Assembly (NCBI GenBank): GCA_030141605.1
Contig: JAQGDQ010000431.1
Location: 1-64,000, forward strand
DNA: 64,000 nt
Direction of reading: 5' to 3'
From: Tubiluchus corallicola
Lineage: Eukaryota > Animalia > Priapulida
Below, piece by piece: positions 17,029-30,186 of this stretch (position 1 is the first letter of the stretch; every line of letters begins with the position of its first letter). The notes beneath the pieces were generated by a model that was not told the origin of the DNA, did no database searches, and saw nothing but the letters and a program-made list of their open reading frames with translations. Position numbers and translations under genes: made by a program.

Positions 17029-17572
17029 ACCCTTGTAGGAAGTCAGGCTTATTTCAATGTTCGTGAACAATGTTAGAAGGATTTAGTCATAAAACTGCAA
17101 TAAGCGCCTAGTAACTAGTAACTAGTAAAATCACTTTAAAGTCGCGATCACTTCACGCTTGGGCGCTCCGATTTTCAATGCCCATTCTTCTTCCAATGAT
17201 GTCATTCGTCTTGAAGAAAAGTAGCGCACTGTCAATGTTCATCAAAAGTATAAATTTTCACAAAAGAATTAGATTGTAATATTTTTGCGTAAATATTAGG
17301 TAAGCTGCAGAAGCTTTGTGTTAGTTTGAGCAGTGGTCGCTTACGGAAAGCCACGACGCGCTTACGAATAGTCACGAAATCTCCCAGTTACGTCATAATA
17401 TTCGTGTGAATGGTGGCAACCACCACGCGTGAAAATTTCTATTCAGAGGTTGTACATTTTAAATTTATCCTTTATAGACAGTTCTTTGCAAATTTCTTTG
17501 TTATATCTTTCTAAGGTTAAGCGATAACAATAAAATAAACCCAACATACTGAGTGATTTGTTCTCTAATTTA
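17029..17572 (+). mobile_element. MITE family B1
   Basis: Homologous along its length to 31587-32124. Confidence 0.82.
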
Positions 17573-18264
17573 AAGAAGTTCCTCCCTATAACGTTTCTTT
17601 TTCTACAAATAGATGACACCAAGTGTCAGAAATGATACGCATATTTGTAATGTTTTCGGAACCATGCCCATATGTAAGAAAAAGCCTAAAAATTACATCA
17701 CCGTGGCTATGTACAAAAAGGCATTATTGGGCTAATAGATAATAATGGTGCAATTTAATGTTATGGCGACACTGAACCCATTTTCTCCTTTTTGCTTTTA
17801 AATAGCGAAATTACCGTTTGGAAAAGACTGAAATAAGCTACATTTTCTGCAACAAGCATCCGTTTATCATTATCGAAGAAAAACTTTTCGTTTGTAAAGG
17901 ACGCTGCTGCTGAAATCTTTTACAATCGTGGAGTGAAATAAATTGATTTGATTTGAATCGTTTACATAAACTAGTGGAGACGACAGGACTCGAGTATCAA
18001 CTGTTCAGAGCTGTAACGAAGCTTGTTTTATAGCTGAATATTTCATTATCTAGTTGTTCATATTATATTCGAGAGAAATTGTTTGCATTATTTCAAAACT
18101 TTATCCTATTACATTTGAGTGAATCATTATGTCTTCGCTGCTTTCATGATCCCTTGTTCATTGGCACAAAATATTCTACACATATCCTGGGAGGCGAATG
18201 GGAGATGCTTTCTGTGGTTAATGCAAAAACATTAACAATTAAGGTCTCCTCGGCTTTTTTCCAG

Positions 18265-18750
<486 letters not shown>

Positions 18751-19049
18751 TACCACTCCCCACCTTTTTGACATGTTCACTCTGTTTTTCTTTCGTTCCT
18801 CCTTCCCGCTTTCCGACAGATTTTCGGTTTTTCACCTCTCCCCGTCCGTCGACCTACATTTTAGTGCAAATTCACCATTAATAGCTGGCGCGACAGCCGT
18901 CAATACCGCCTGCTTGTTACACGCAATTTAAGACGATACATAATCATCGTTGACAAGTTGCTGACCATCAAATGCAAATTGTAGGACGAAGTTGAATCAA
19001 ACTGAAAGCAAGTAGAGATTGAATGAACATTGGGCGTAGTGAAAAACAA

Positions 19050-19608
19050 TAGTAATAATAATGATAATGATAATAATAATGACAATGACAATGGCAATGG
19101 CAATGGCAATGGCAATGGCAATGGCAATGGCAATGGCAATGACAATGACAATGACAATGACAATGACAATGACAATGACAATGACAATGACAATGACAAT
19201 GACAATGACAATGACAATGACAATGACAATAACAATAACAATAACAATAATAATAATGATAATAATAATAATAGTAATAAATATTATTTCACTCCTCCAT
19301 AGCCTCCATAGTGGGTGAAGTTCCAAAACGATTGGAGAAAAAAGTTTATTATTATTGTTATTGTTATTATTGTTGTTGTTATTGTTATTATTATTATCAT
19401 TATCACTGTCATTGTCATTGTCATTGTCATTGTCATTGTCATTGTCATTGTCATTGTCATTGTCATTGTCATTGTCATTGTCATTGTCATTGTCATTGTC
19501 ATTGTCATTGTCATTATCATTATCATTATCATTATCATTATCATTATCATTATCATTATCATTATCATTATCATTATCATTATCATTATCATTATCATTA
19601 TCATTATC

Positions 19609-19647
<39 letters not shown>
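19050..19647. repeat. Two oppositely oriented hexamer microsatellite blocks around a ~65-bp spacer
   Basis: (GGCAAT)n/(GACAAT)n at 19050-19280 and (ATTGTC)n/(ATTATC)n at 19345-19647. Confidence 0.93.
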
Positions 19648-20020
19648 CATAAATTTATTGGACATGCATTGCTAAAAATACCACTGAGCATAACTGAAAA
19701 AACAAATTTCCCAAAAATTACAACTCCCTTTCATTTTATAGGTCTGATCACGTGATAACATGTCTAGGAAGCTACTATAATTTCTTAATTAGTAAAGCAA
19801 GATACTAATAGACCCAAAGTCTATTATTATCAGTGTATTTCACGTTGATGCGTGGCTTGAGATTATTGACTTCCTGTATCCATTAACAGCGTGAGGAGAG
19901 ATTACCGACTGAGATGCCTTGAGCAGAAAGAAATCAATCGTCGTAAGATTTGATTTGACTCTACCAAATCATTTGTACGACGCTTAGCGAGCTAATTTCT
20001 GCTAATTCACGTCTAGCATA

Positions 20021-20807
20021 AGGCCCATTTCACACCCAAGACGCGCAGCAAACTTCCTAGTGGAGAAATTTCCTGCTGTAGCCTCACCAAAATGGAACAC
20101 ATAGTTTTGTATGGTCCTTTTTCCAATGAGGACGCGCGGCAAAATTACTCGTGCAGTTCCTCGTGAGAAATTCTGCCCCCAGACCTCCAACTAGAACCTA
20201 TGCGTCCTTCTCGTGAGGAACTGTGCTGCCAGCTAGAAGCTATGGGTCCTCCTCGTGAGGAACTGTGCTGCCAGCTAGAAGCTATGGGTCCTCCTCGTGA
20301 GGAGCTTTTCCGTGTCGTAGAAATGTCGCATGTTCCATTTTCGTGAGGAATTCTCGCGGAATTCAGTCTTAAATTTAACCACTCAATTACTTTTTTCTTA
20401 TTTAGCGAACAACAATTAACACATTCCAGCACAAAATTATAAGATTTAATCTCTTTTTTAACAGACTGACGATTTTATGTTTTGTTAATGCAAAATCGAT
20501 GTCTATATTCGTGAAAAAAATGACGCACGCATATAATTATTTTATATACATATTTTCATATTTTGAAGTGATTAGTGGAACTTTGGCAAAACAACAAACA
20601 GGTCTGACATTGCATTGACTAATATTATTAATTTTACTTTGTATATGAGAAATACGACAAGTATAACTTAATTCAGACATGATTATATAGTATAAGACTC
20701 GCAAAGTAGCTGCAGCTAACTGAACGGAAATTTTCAAAAAAAAATCTTATTTTCTGACAGCAATTCCGTGCGTCATTTTTGCTTGCGTCCTCACTGTGAA
20801 ATGTCCT
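20021..20807. mobile_element. Probable PIF/Harbinger-like MITE with an internal 42-bp tandem repeat
   Basis: Imperfect TIRs AGGCCCATTTCACACCCAAGACGC / GCGTCCTCACTGTGAAATGTCCT. Repeat CTCGTGAGGAACTGTGCTGCCAGCTAGAAGCTATGGGTCCTC at ~20190-20305. The superfamily is inferred from TIR style only. Confidence 0.55.
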
Positions 20808-21111
20808 AGAGCAAAGCAATCGTTTGTTTATCCTACACTGCTAATATGCAGAGATAATCAATCAAGCTTCAATTGTTTGAATAGTAAACCTGTAGGCTAT
20901 TGAAGCCATAGTAATTACAAGAAATAATTTGCATGAAATGCCTTGAAATAATCACTTTTGAATGTTTTCAGTTTTTCCAATGTTATCTGAGCTAAGGCAC
21001 AAAGACACTTGCTGCAAGCAGTAATATTTTTGATTAAGTTTTCTTCAAAGCGCTTTGTCTGCCTTCATTTGAAAATCAAAGTTCATCCACTAAATCATGT
21101 TTTATTTATGC

Positions 21112-21287
21112 ATGGATGTAGATCAAAGGACCACCAGTCAAATGACTTGCCTTTGTCTGGTGGTCCTCTGCCCAGGGTGGTCCTTTGTCCAGTGTTCCTT
21201 AGTCCGGTGATCCTATGGTCGGTGGTCCTTTGTTCGGTGATCCTATGACCGGTGGCACTTTGTCCGGTGGTCCTTTGAGCGTCCCCA
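21112..21287. mobile_element. Small foldback-type MITE with ~15-bp subterminal repeats
   Basis: TCAAAGGACCACC near the left end versus GGTGGTCCTTTGA near the right end; tandem TGTCCGGTGGTCCTT-like units. No clear TSD. Confidence 0.5.
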
Positions 21288-21362
21288 ACTATAATTACTA
21301 TATCTAAATTAGCAGGTGTGGTCTTTCGTTCGAGGTTTCACAAATATCACGCGGCAGTTACG

Positions 21363-22955
21363 GCAGGGCGGCTCTAGGTAGTTTGACGCCCTAGGAAAAG
21401 GTATTTTAGCGCCCCCTCCTCAATTCCATTTCCCATGGTCCTCACCACGTCTCACCATTGCATTTTTCTTTTATAATATTATAATAAAATATAATGGTAA
21501 ATGGTACCTATCGTGTTGGGCTTATGCATGTATCACATAGTATACTAATTAATTATAGTTACAGTTTGTGTTGATTGAACTTGAATTTATGATTGCTTGA
21601 ATTTGAAATTGGATTTATGACACCATTGCATACTACATGACTCTTCACCTTTAAACCTTTCGTTTCCTGTATTCCGTCCTGAAGACTTTGATCCTTATAG
21701 GTTTATCTGCCAGAGTTACATAAATGTTATTGTAAGATATTTTTTTTTGCTAACGGAAAGGTCATTCTATAAGCACTAATGGAAACTGCGGGCAAAAGCA
21801 GGTGACGCGTCGGTGACGTCTGCCTGACGTAATGTCAGAAATGACGTAAAAGTTAGGAAACCAGATAAAGTAAAGAGTGTTTTGCTACGAGAAGACACTT
21901 GTTGGTATCGATAAATCAAACATTTCAGCAAGAAAATGAGGCAACGTGTTGGTTTCATTTAATTAGTGTTGTGCATTTTAAGGAAGACAGGATAATTTTT
22001 CATATACTACCCCATTTTCAAGTTGAATAAAAAGTATAGGTTTTAACACAATTAATGCTGCAAATGCGTTTCTGATCATTAAAATATAGATTAAAAACAT
22101 GATGAACGGCAGGCGAGACCAACTATTTTATGACGTCACAAACCAACATAATTTTCAACAGCAAAAACATTCCATGAGCGTGTTGCACCTGTTTCCAAAA
22201 GCGAAAATTAAAGTACAGTGCTACTGTAAGATATTCAGTGTGTTGTACTAAAACTAGGCAAATTTTAAGATAAAAATTTAAATTTCAAATTTACCGGTGC
22301 ACTCACGTAGGAGCTGTTGAACGTGTGTTCGTCACAAACTAATACACCTGAACCGAAAGGTACAATACCTGTTTATTGTGCAATGCGTTTCCGAAATGGA
22401 GGCGCTAGTTCCCGTCTAACTAGCGAATGGCGAAATGCATGCAACAGTGAAGAACTAGTGGCGTGAACGTGAAATTGTATTTGTGCGGCAATAATTCTTT
22501 CATGTAAGTGATTCTTGAAAAAAATAGTACGTTTCCTTTCAATATTTTAAAGAGTAGATTGTTTTGAACAGCAGTTTATGATTGGGTCCGGTTTTGCTTT
22601 AAGTACTCATTGTTAGTGTAATAATTCTTTATTTCTTTACAAGTGATTAGATGCTTTATTAAACTTTTAATACTTTTACTTTACAAGTATTTTTACAGCA
22701 ACCAACAAAAACTTATAAGCTCCTTTTGCTTGGCTACATTTACTCCAGAACTAAAGTGTTCTTCCATGCTAAGACAGAAAGCGTTAGTGGTCATAACAAT
22801 TAGTGTGGATTGTTTTGACATACAGTTTAATATTGGGCCCGGTTTTGCTTTAAGGAATTTGACATACACTATGCTTAAATTAAAAATTAAAAAATGATTT
22901 CCATAATTTGGCGCCCTAGGCAACTGCCTAGTTTGCCTAGTGGTCAGTACTGCCA
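21363..22955 (+). mobile_element. Degenerate non-autonomous hAT-like element hosting a family-B2 MITE
   Basis: Left end CAGGGCGGCTCTAGG...GCCCTAGG...GCGCCCCC; right end GGCGCCCTAGGCAACTGCCTAGTTTGCCTAGTGG. Both resemble hAT MITE subterminal motifs. Confidence 0.5.
21977..22602 (+). mobile_element. TTAA/Kolobok-type MITE family B2
   Basis: Ends TTTAAGGAAGAC / CCGGTTTTGCTTTAA. Homologous to 27183-27690, 34316-34844, 53229-53870 and 55430-56056. Confidence 0.87.
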
Positions 22956-23728
22956 CCGAAGCAATAAACACTATACACACGCACGGACACTAATACTTTT
23001 TCGCAAGTGGCACGTGGCAAAATTTTTTGTAGTTCATTCACTCCATCGAATCATGAAATCAGTAAAAATTCGTGTTTATTTAGCAAACACTAGTCGTTTA
23101 TTCTGCTTTGTATTTAATAAGTTTCACGTGTGGTTTATGCAGTTCACGGTTTATGATGAATCCGATGCGAAATCAGAGTTATTAAACTTTATTCATTTAC
23201 TAAGACAATCGCGTTAAAATTCCAAATGTCGTTTTAATGAGATGATAAAATCATCTTGAATTCATCCTCCGCAAATGAGTTGTGTCATAAATTTGAGCCA
23301 TTGTCAATTAGCTCAAGAATTTGTCATAAAAGGCAGCAGAGTTATGCATACAAATATCTATCTATCTTGTGGTTATTGCTTTTAAGCGGGGGGAGGAAGG
23401 CGGGAGGGGGGGGGGCTAGGATGGGTGATGGGGTTTTGGTTTAAATAAGTATTCCAGCACGACCGTTTTTCTAAAGCTACTTCAAAAGAAAGGTCCGCAT
23501 TGAATAGCGTTACCGTCAAGGCATGTGGTTGCGTTTACATGTTTCCGGAATCTGCGGTGGCAGTACACGAAACGTATATACGTATGCACGTGTGGGCCTT
23601 TCTTTCGAAGTGACATTAGAAAATATTTTGTGTACAATCAGTTTAGAATACAATAGCGTCTTACACTTGATCTAATTTAAAAATTCATTCTATAGTTTTA
23701 CTTCTAAATTTTCACCCTCACAAAATAC

Positions 23729-24277
23729 TTAAAGGAAAACCGGACGATTGTTTAGACTCAATCTAATTTTAATTTACTGTCTAAAATATACATTTTCTTG
23801 TGTATAAAAGTTATTTCTGATATTTGAATAATTACCTTGGAAAGTTAATTAACGGCAACCGAGCACAGCTATCGCTTACGTCACAAACTAACCATAGTTT
23901 GTGCAATGGTAAGCATCTTCCCTGCGCGTTAAGCACGTTTGCGTAAGCGAAGATTGCTATAAAACACCGATGTGATGTGACGAAAATGAGTTCTACGTCG
24001 CACTGACGTCACAGACAAACACTGCAGTTCATGATCATGCTTATCACGGTACTGCGCCTATTTGTCGGCCACGTGAATGTGACAAAAACGCGCCATTTCC
24101 AGTCTTAGTGGATTCGCTGAGCCGAGCGTTGCTTTGAAAGTTTAACAGAATTTAACTATCCGATATAATTATTATTTAATCTAAGCTTTGATTTTAAAAA
24201 AGCTGTTGTAGTTTTCAATATTCTAAAGCATAATTTATTCTGAACAATATCTACACAATCGTGCGGTTTTAATTTAA
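23729..24277 (+). mobile_element. TTAA/Kolobok-type MITE family B3
   Basis: Starts TTAAAGGAAAACCGGACGATTG. Homologous to 26550-27091(-), 63129-63689(+) and a partial copy at ~34985-35125(-). Confidence 0.87.
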
Positions 24278-24577
24278 CATTGCAAAACGAAATCACATTT
24301 ATACACACAAAACAACATCCATAAATTTTAGTACATATGACAAAATCACTCAAGGCACCTGTAAATTCATGCAAGCAAGTGAAAAGACAGAGTGACCATT
24401 TCCGGCTTGACCATTCCAGCCCACAGTCATCTGTGTGAAGACACTTGTTTGATTCATGAAATAGCCAGCTTCTAGAAATCATGCGAAGGTGATTGGGATG
24501 GCTTCGAGTCTGCATTTAGCATTATATATAGTGCAAGTAATGCGCAAGATTTCAAGATAGCAGAGGTTTTATACATC

Positions 24578-24742
24578 ATGAATGAATGAATGAATGAATG
24601 AATGAATGAATGAATGAATGAATGAATGAATGAATGAATGAATGAATGAAAGAATGAATGAATGAATGAATGAATGAATGAATGAATGAATGAATGAATG
24701 AATGAATGAATGAATGAATGAATGAATGAATGAATGAATGAA
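24578..24742. repeat. (GAAT)n microsatellite
   Basis: Visible in sequence. Confidence 0.97.
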
Positions 24743-24800
24743 GCACTGCCCAATCCTTAACACACAACTATCGTCGGTGATACCTTGTTGCAGTCTATAT

Positions 24801-25773
24801 AAGTGATGTTAAACGATGCAGCATCGAATCGATAATTATTGATACAATTTCATATCGTATTGAATTGATACGAAAATATCCCCACTATCGTTATCGTACC
24901 GATTTTCCAAACAAAAAATCGTTTTACGTACCGATAAAATTGTGCATCGCAGTCGTATTCGTAGCGCAGTATTCGACAATTCGCAAGAAATCTTCGCCAA
25001 CACGTTTGAAAAACAAAAGTGCTCCTGCAGTTTCGAAGGTTGCACATGATAGCGTCTAATACAATAGCGAGTTTGTTGCATGTTTTTACGAAATTATTAT
25101 TATGGTGAAGTTCTTCGGTTTTTTTATTCTGATTCTGATTCTAATATCATTAGTTTATTCATTTTTATTTATTTTTATTTATTATTTATATATTTATAAT
25201 ACATCTATGAACTGAAGTCAAGAGTCCATTAAAATCATCGTAAAACATATTGACAATGTACAGAAAGTAAATTACTGCTAAAAGTAGAAAATACATAGTA
25301 TATGGTTACTACAATATAAACACACAAGTAGGTGCAAATAAATTAAAAGTGCCGGTAAAAAGATTAAAACTTGATTAGTACGATAAAATTGTATAATTAT
25401 GGTAAAAAATTTACATCTTACATCATTTATCAAATCACATAGTTTTTGCGAAACTTTAAGCAACCTTTTTTCCAAAAAGTTTTATACAATTGAACAAATA
25501 TTTTTTCGGTACTACTCGTATTGTTATTAGTGTTTTGTCTATTACTGATATGCTTAGTTTATTGGTAATAGTATAATTATAATGTTATAAAAGTAATAAA
25601 AGTATATAAAAAAAAGTTAAAAGAATCAAAAAAATCGTTTTGTGTCATGTTAAAAAGTGTATCGAATCGTATCGTATCGCTGATATTCTCTTGTATCGGA
25701 ATTGAATTGACATAAAACTGTATCGTATCGAATCGAAATCGTATTGATCCAACTGTATCGATTTACATCACTG
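24801..25773. mobile_element. hAT-type non-autonomous element with ATCGT/ATCGA subterminal repeats
   Basis: Ends AAGTGATGTTAAACGATGCAG / CTGTATCGATTTACATCACTG. Flanks GTCTATAT/CTCTATCT match at 6 of 8 positions (degenerate 8-bp TSD). Confidence 0.7.
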
Positions 25774-26549
25774 CTCTATCTATTTCTGTGTTTTGAAATT
25801 TGTTTGACTATGTTCTTCAGCATCTGCAATGGTCCTGGTGGATTTAGTCTCTTGTTCGCTTTTACACTGACGTGCTGGTTTCTCTTATTGCAGCTTACAC
25901 TTCTTGTAAATTGTGCAAAATGTTGAAGTTATATTTTATTCCTATAATGCTTACTGCTGTGGTTCTTCATTATGTAAACTTGGATTAATTGTTTATTATG
26001 TTGTGTTTTTCTGGTTCTCATGTGTTAGGTAAAAAATTTGTACATTTTTCTGTAATTTCTTCCGTTAGAACCTCATTTATTTTGATAAGTTAAATTCTAA
26101 TCTGTTGTTCTGCCGCTTCAGTTTGTATCACTAATGTATCATTCTTTTTGGCTTTATTTATAGTTTGATAATGGTTACAGTAGCCGAAACGATCGTCGCT
26201 CAATAAACATGGCTACACTTGTTTGAAGTTAGATAGACCTATTTCTAATATTAAGGTTGAGTAAACTGCGCAAGCACCAACAATTGTTAATGTTAAATCC
26301 AATGTTTATAGGCGGAGGTTCCTGGGCTTAATAGTTTGACACTAATACCCTAGCTAGTCTCTTCTAAGCCACAAGCACAGAATAGAGAAAAATAGCTAGC
26401 CAAGCCTCTACAAATAATCCAAGGTCATGAACGTCTAAATCCCCTGCCAAAATTACATGGCTTTGTCGTCTTTGCTATTCTGATTGGCAGCCATATTTGA
26501 TACGTTACTGAATGACCCAGCAAACAATGCTAGTGATGATACAGTTCTA

Positions 26550-27091
26550 TTAGAGGAAAACCGGATGATTGTGTTGACATTAGTTCAGAATAAAGTATGC
26601 TCTAAAATATTGAAAACTACAATAGCTTTTTTTTAAATCAAAGCTTGTATTAAATAATAATTACCTCGGATAGTTAAACTTTGTTAAACTTCAAAAGCTA
26701 CACACGGCTCAGCGAAATGGCAATGGCGCGTTTTTTTTCACATTCCCATGGCCGATGAATATTGGTGGTACCGTGATAAGCATGATCATGAACTGCAGTA
26801 TTCGTCTGTGACGTCTGTGTGACCTAGACCTCATTTTCGTAACATCACATCAGCGTCTTATAGCGATCTTCGCAAATGTATTTGATGTACAGAGAAGATA
26901 CCTACCATTGCATAAATTGTGGTTAATTGTGACGTAAGCGATAGCTGCGTTCGGTTGCCGTTAAATAACTTTCCAAGCTAATTGTTCAAACATTAGAAAC
27001 AACTGCTAACTTTTATAGACAAGAAAATGTATATTTTGGACAGTAAATTAAAATGAGATTGAGTCTAACCAATCGTCCGGGTCTGCTTTAA
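26550..27091 (-). mobile_element. MITE family B3, inverted relative to 23729-24277
   Basis: TTAGAGGAAAACCGGATGATTG ... CAATCGTCCGGGTCTGCTTTAA. Confidence 0.85.
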
Positions 27092-27182
27092 TAAACTGTA
27101 ATATGATTTACATTGTACATTTACATGTGACATGTGAGTTTTCGCTGGCAGGTACAGGAGCAATATACGTCAGTACAGGAAT

Positions 27183-27690
27183 TTTACAAGAAAACAGGAT
27201 GATTTTTCATATCCTATCCCATTTTGAAGTAAAGTATGCATTTTAAGACTTGCATCACAAACTAACATAATTTTCAACATCAAAAAACATTCGACGAGCG
27301 CGTTGCACGTGTTTGCAAAAGCGAAAATTGAAGTATGTTAAGACTACGCAAGTTTTAAGATAAAAATTCAAATTTCACATTTACCACTAAGCTCATGCAT
27401 GAGGTGCCGAACGTGTGCAGGACGTCACAGACTAACACCTCTGAACTGAAAGTGCAACACCTGTTTTTTGAGCAATGCGTTTCCGAAATGCAGACGCTTG
27501 TGCCCGTCTAACTAGCAAATGGCAAAATGCAAGTAACAGCGAAGAATCAGTGGCGTGAACGTGAAATTGTGTTTGTGGTAATAATTCTTTCACGTAAGCC
27601 CTTTTTTAAAAATAGTATATTTCCTTTCAATATTTTAAAGAGTAGATTGTTTTGACCTACAGTTTAAGATTGAGTCCCGTTTTGCTTTAA
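27183..27690 (+). mobile_element. MITE family B2, internally deleted
   Basis: Homology to 21977-22602; ends CCCGTTTTGCTTTAA. Confidence 0.82.
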
Positions 27691-27933
27691 ATACTACTGT
27701 TAGTGTAATAATCCTTTATTTCTTTACAAGTGATTAGATGCTGTACTAAACTTTTAATACTTTTACTTTACAAGTATTTTTACAGCAACCAACAAAAACT
27801 TATAAGCTCCTTTTGCTTGGCTACATTTACGCCAGAACTGAAGTGTTCTTCCATGTTAAGACAGAAAGCGTTAGTGGTCATAACAATTAAATTTTTTTCC
27901 AAACGCTAGTTATTTTGCGTCTCTCAGGTACAC

Positions 27934-28610
27934 TTAAACGACAAGAAAAGGGGTACCTGAAGTAGGTTTCAGAAAATTCGTCTTTAAAATTGTATTACTT
28001 TATAGCATTTTTATGCGAATGTCGTACTCACATTAAAAGGAATTTTTGTTTGTTTTCATTTTAAATCTTCCGTAATACTGTTCTGACCACGCCGATACAT
28101 GACGTCATATACACACAACGTAAATCAGCGGAAGAAAAGGAAATGTTAAACTATATCCCAAAAAACTTTCCATGCAAATCTATATTAGTTAGCATTTCAC
28201 TTACCTGCTTGAAAGACTTACGTAATTAGAAATAATAATTTAAAATGTTTTCACCAATTGGTAAAATGTCATTGACTCACCCTCAGGGTGCACCACTCAC
28301 TAGCCAAAAACATTTTTAATCTTTTTGACAAGATACAGTAATTTAAAATTTTATTCAGTTAGTAACATGAGTGCTACGAATAGTCTGTTTATTTTTTTCA
28401 AACTTTACTCAGCGTTGTCTCACTTGTTTCAAATGACCTGTCGTCAAATTGCCTGCATCTAACAGTCATCACAGGAGTTTAAATTTACACGTTTTATACA
28501 GCGTTGCTGTCGACGAAAGCCCCGTATGCAAAAAGGCTATATGTAAGTGGTATAAAATTTCAAGACGAATTTTAGGTTTTATGTAAGTGGAGAGTTTTCT
28601 TGTGCTATGA
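27934..28610 (+). mobile_element. MITE family B4
   Basis: TTAAACGACAAGAAAAGGGGTACCTGAAGTAGG ... TTCTTGTGCTA. Confidence 0.82.
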
Positions 28611-28899
28611 CCTATGACCTTTTCGGGATCACCGTTAATTGCTGGAACTTCTCAATGGCTTCTTCTTTAATATTCTTCTCAATTCCTCCTTGGACTCACC
28701 CCCTCTCAACTCTCCTGTACTTTTTGCTGTTTTAACAGCTGCGTTTCACGACAGTAAAAACAAACACGATAATGGTATTGTACCCGCGTCAAAATATTGT
28801 GAAAAAGCGATATAACGCGAGGGTTCTTCGGAGCCGGTCTTAGTTCGGAAGAGGTACTTAGTATGAAGTAAAGAACGAGATTAATCTAGGTTAGATTAA

Positions 28900-29198
28900 C
28901 CCAAGTTTCGTCCATCTGATCCTGTATTCTGTACATTGTACTTTTTGCATACACAGCTTGGCACACTCTGGTTGTGGCAGCACCGGGACGTAAGGCTGAC
29001 ATCACCGGTGACATTAACCGCAACCTGACATGACCAAATTCCTCTTTGTACGAGATAAAAACCAAAACTTAGAACGGCAAATGAAACCCTCCCAATTTGA
29101 GTATTGAACCCCGGTGATCACCATCCAATCACTGATCAGCCTAGACGTTGCTTAATTTTTGTCACTAAGCACACGCCGTGATAACTCGACTACTTACG
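28900..29198 (-). mobile_element. Probable SINE with a 5S rRNA-like head; related head at ~41655-41720(+)
   Basis: Minus strand AATTAAGCAACGTCTAGGCTGATCAGTGATTGGATGG resembles the 5S internal control region (GAAGCTAAGCAG...CTGGTTAGTACTTGGATGG). A B-box-like GGTTCAATAC follows. The 3' boundary is uncertain. Confidence 0.5.
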
Positions 29199-29434
29199 TG
29201 CTTGTCAGATCTGAATTGTTATTATCTAAGCTGCCTGCCGGTTCTTTGTCATATTTTAGCTCTGACATAAGCGCTTTTTGTCCAAAATAAACCAAAATTA
29301 GTCAAGTTATGCTCGCGTTCTGTGCATGAATCAACATTGTTTAGAATTTTTTCTAGCTTCTAAAACTTTCTTTATCCTTTTTATTCTAGACCCTAGACAG
29401 CTAAACTTTTATAAGCAGCAACTCTTTTTGCAAT

Positions 29435-29803
29435 AATAAGCCTTTTCACCGTTTCGTTGTGCGCACGCGCAGTTGCTGTAGGTCAAAGTGTACCACAGCG
29501 CGGCGTCTTAACTACAACCGTCACGTCACGTGTGTAAAGCGAAGCCGTCTGCCGCGTCTGTTCAGTAATTTCAGTTGTTTTACGTGGACGTTACTTAATT
29601 ATGCATTAGTCTGTGCGTAGAGTGATTTACTAGTAGGATCTTGGTACTAGGCAAGGTTCTAGCTAGCTGTTAAAACTTTTACTATTACAATAGCATGGGA
29701 TGCGAGGCGTTGTCAATTGTACACGAATGCGTAGTCTGGTACACTTAACAAATGATCTTTTGTACGATCATCATCAATCACTGGAACTGTGAAAAGGCTT
29801 ATT
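29435..29803 (+). mobile_element. MITE family A, complete 369-bp reference copy
   Basis: TIR AATAAGCCTTTTCAC / GTGAAAAGGCTTATT. The family also has an inner inverted motif GGTCAAAGGTTAAGTGTACCA / TGGTACACTTAACCTTTGACC, best preserved in other copies. Confidence 0.92.
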
Positions 29804-30186
29804 ACAATGAATTCTAACTAACACTAGAAACTGCGCATGCGCAAACATTATCTTCTGTGCGCACTTGACAGGCCATTCTCACTACTTCCTGCTGAGCGAC
29901 CGCTTCCTTTCTTTACATCTCTTCCTCTCAGATCAAACGGGAGGCGACAAGAGTTTATCACAAGCAAACTTCAAAAGTGGCTTCATCCGCAGTTGTTCTA
30001 ATCCGGGGATGTAAACTCGCCAATAAGAGTGAATTAACTCTTTCCTTGATAAATCTCCGCCTGACGAAATTCTTCTGGCTTCTCTGCAGACGAAAAATGA
30101 GTCTGGCTTCTCCTCGACTCTAATTCCTGATCCATCCTGCCTAGCCGCTAGAGTGCCTATTTTACAACTCATTTCGATGAATAAAC

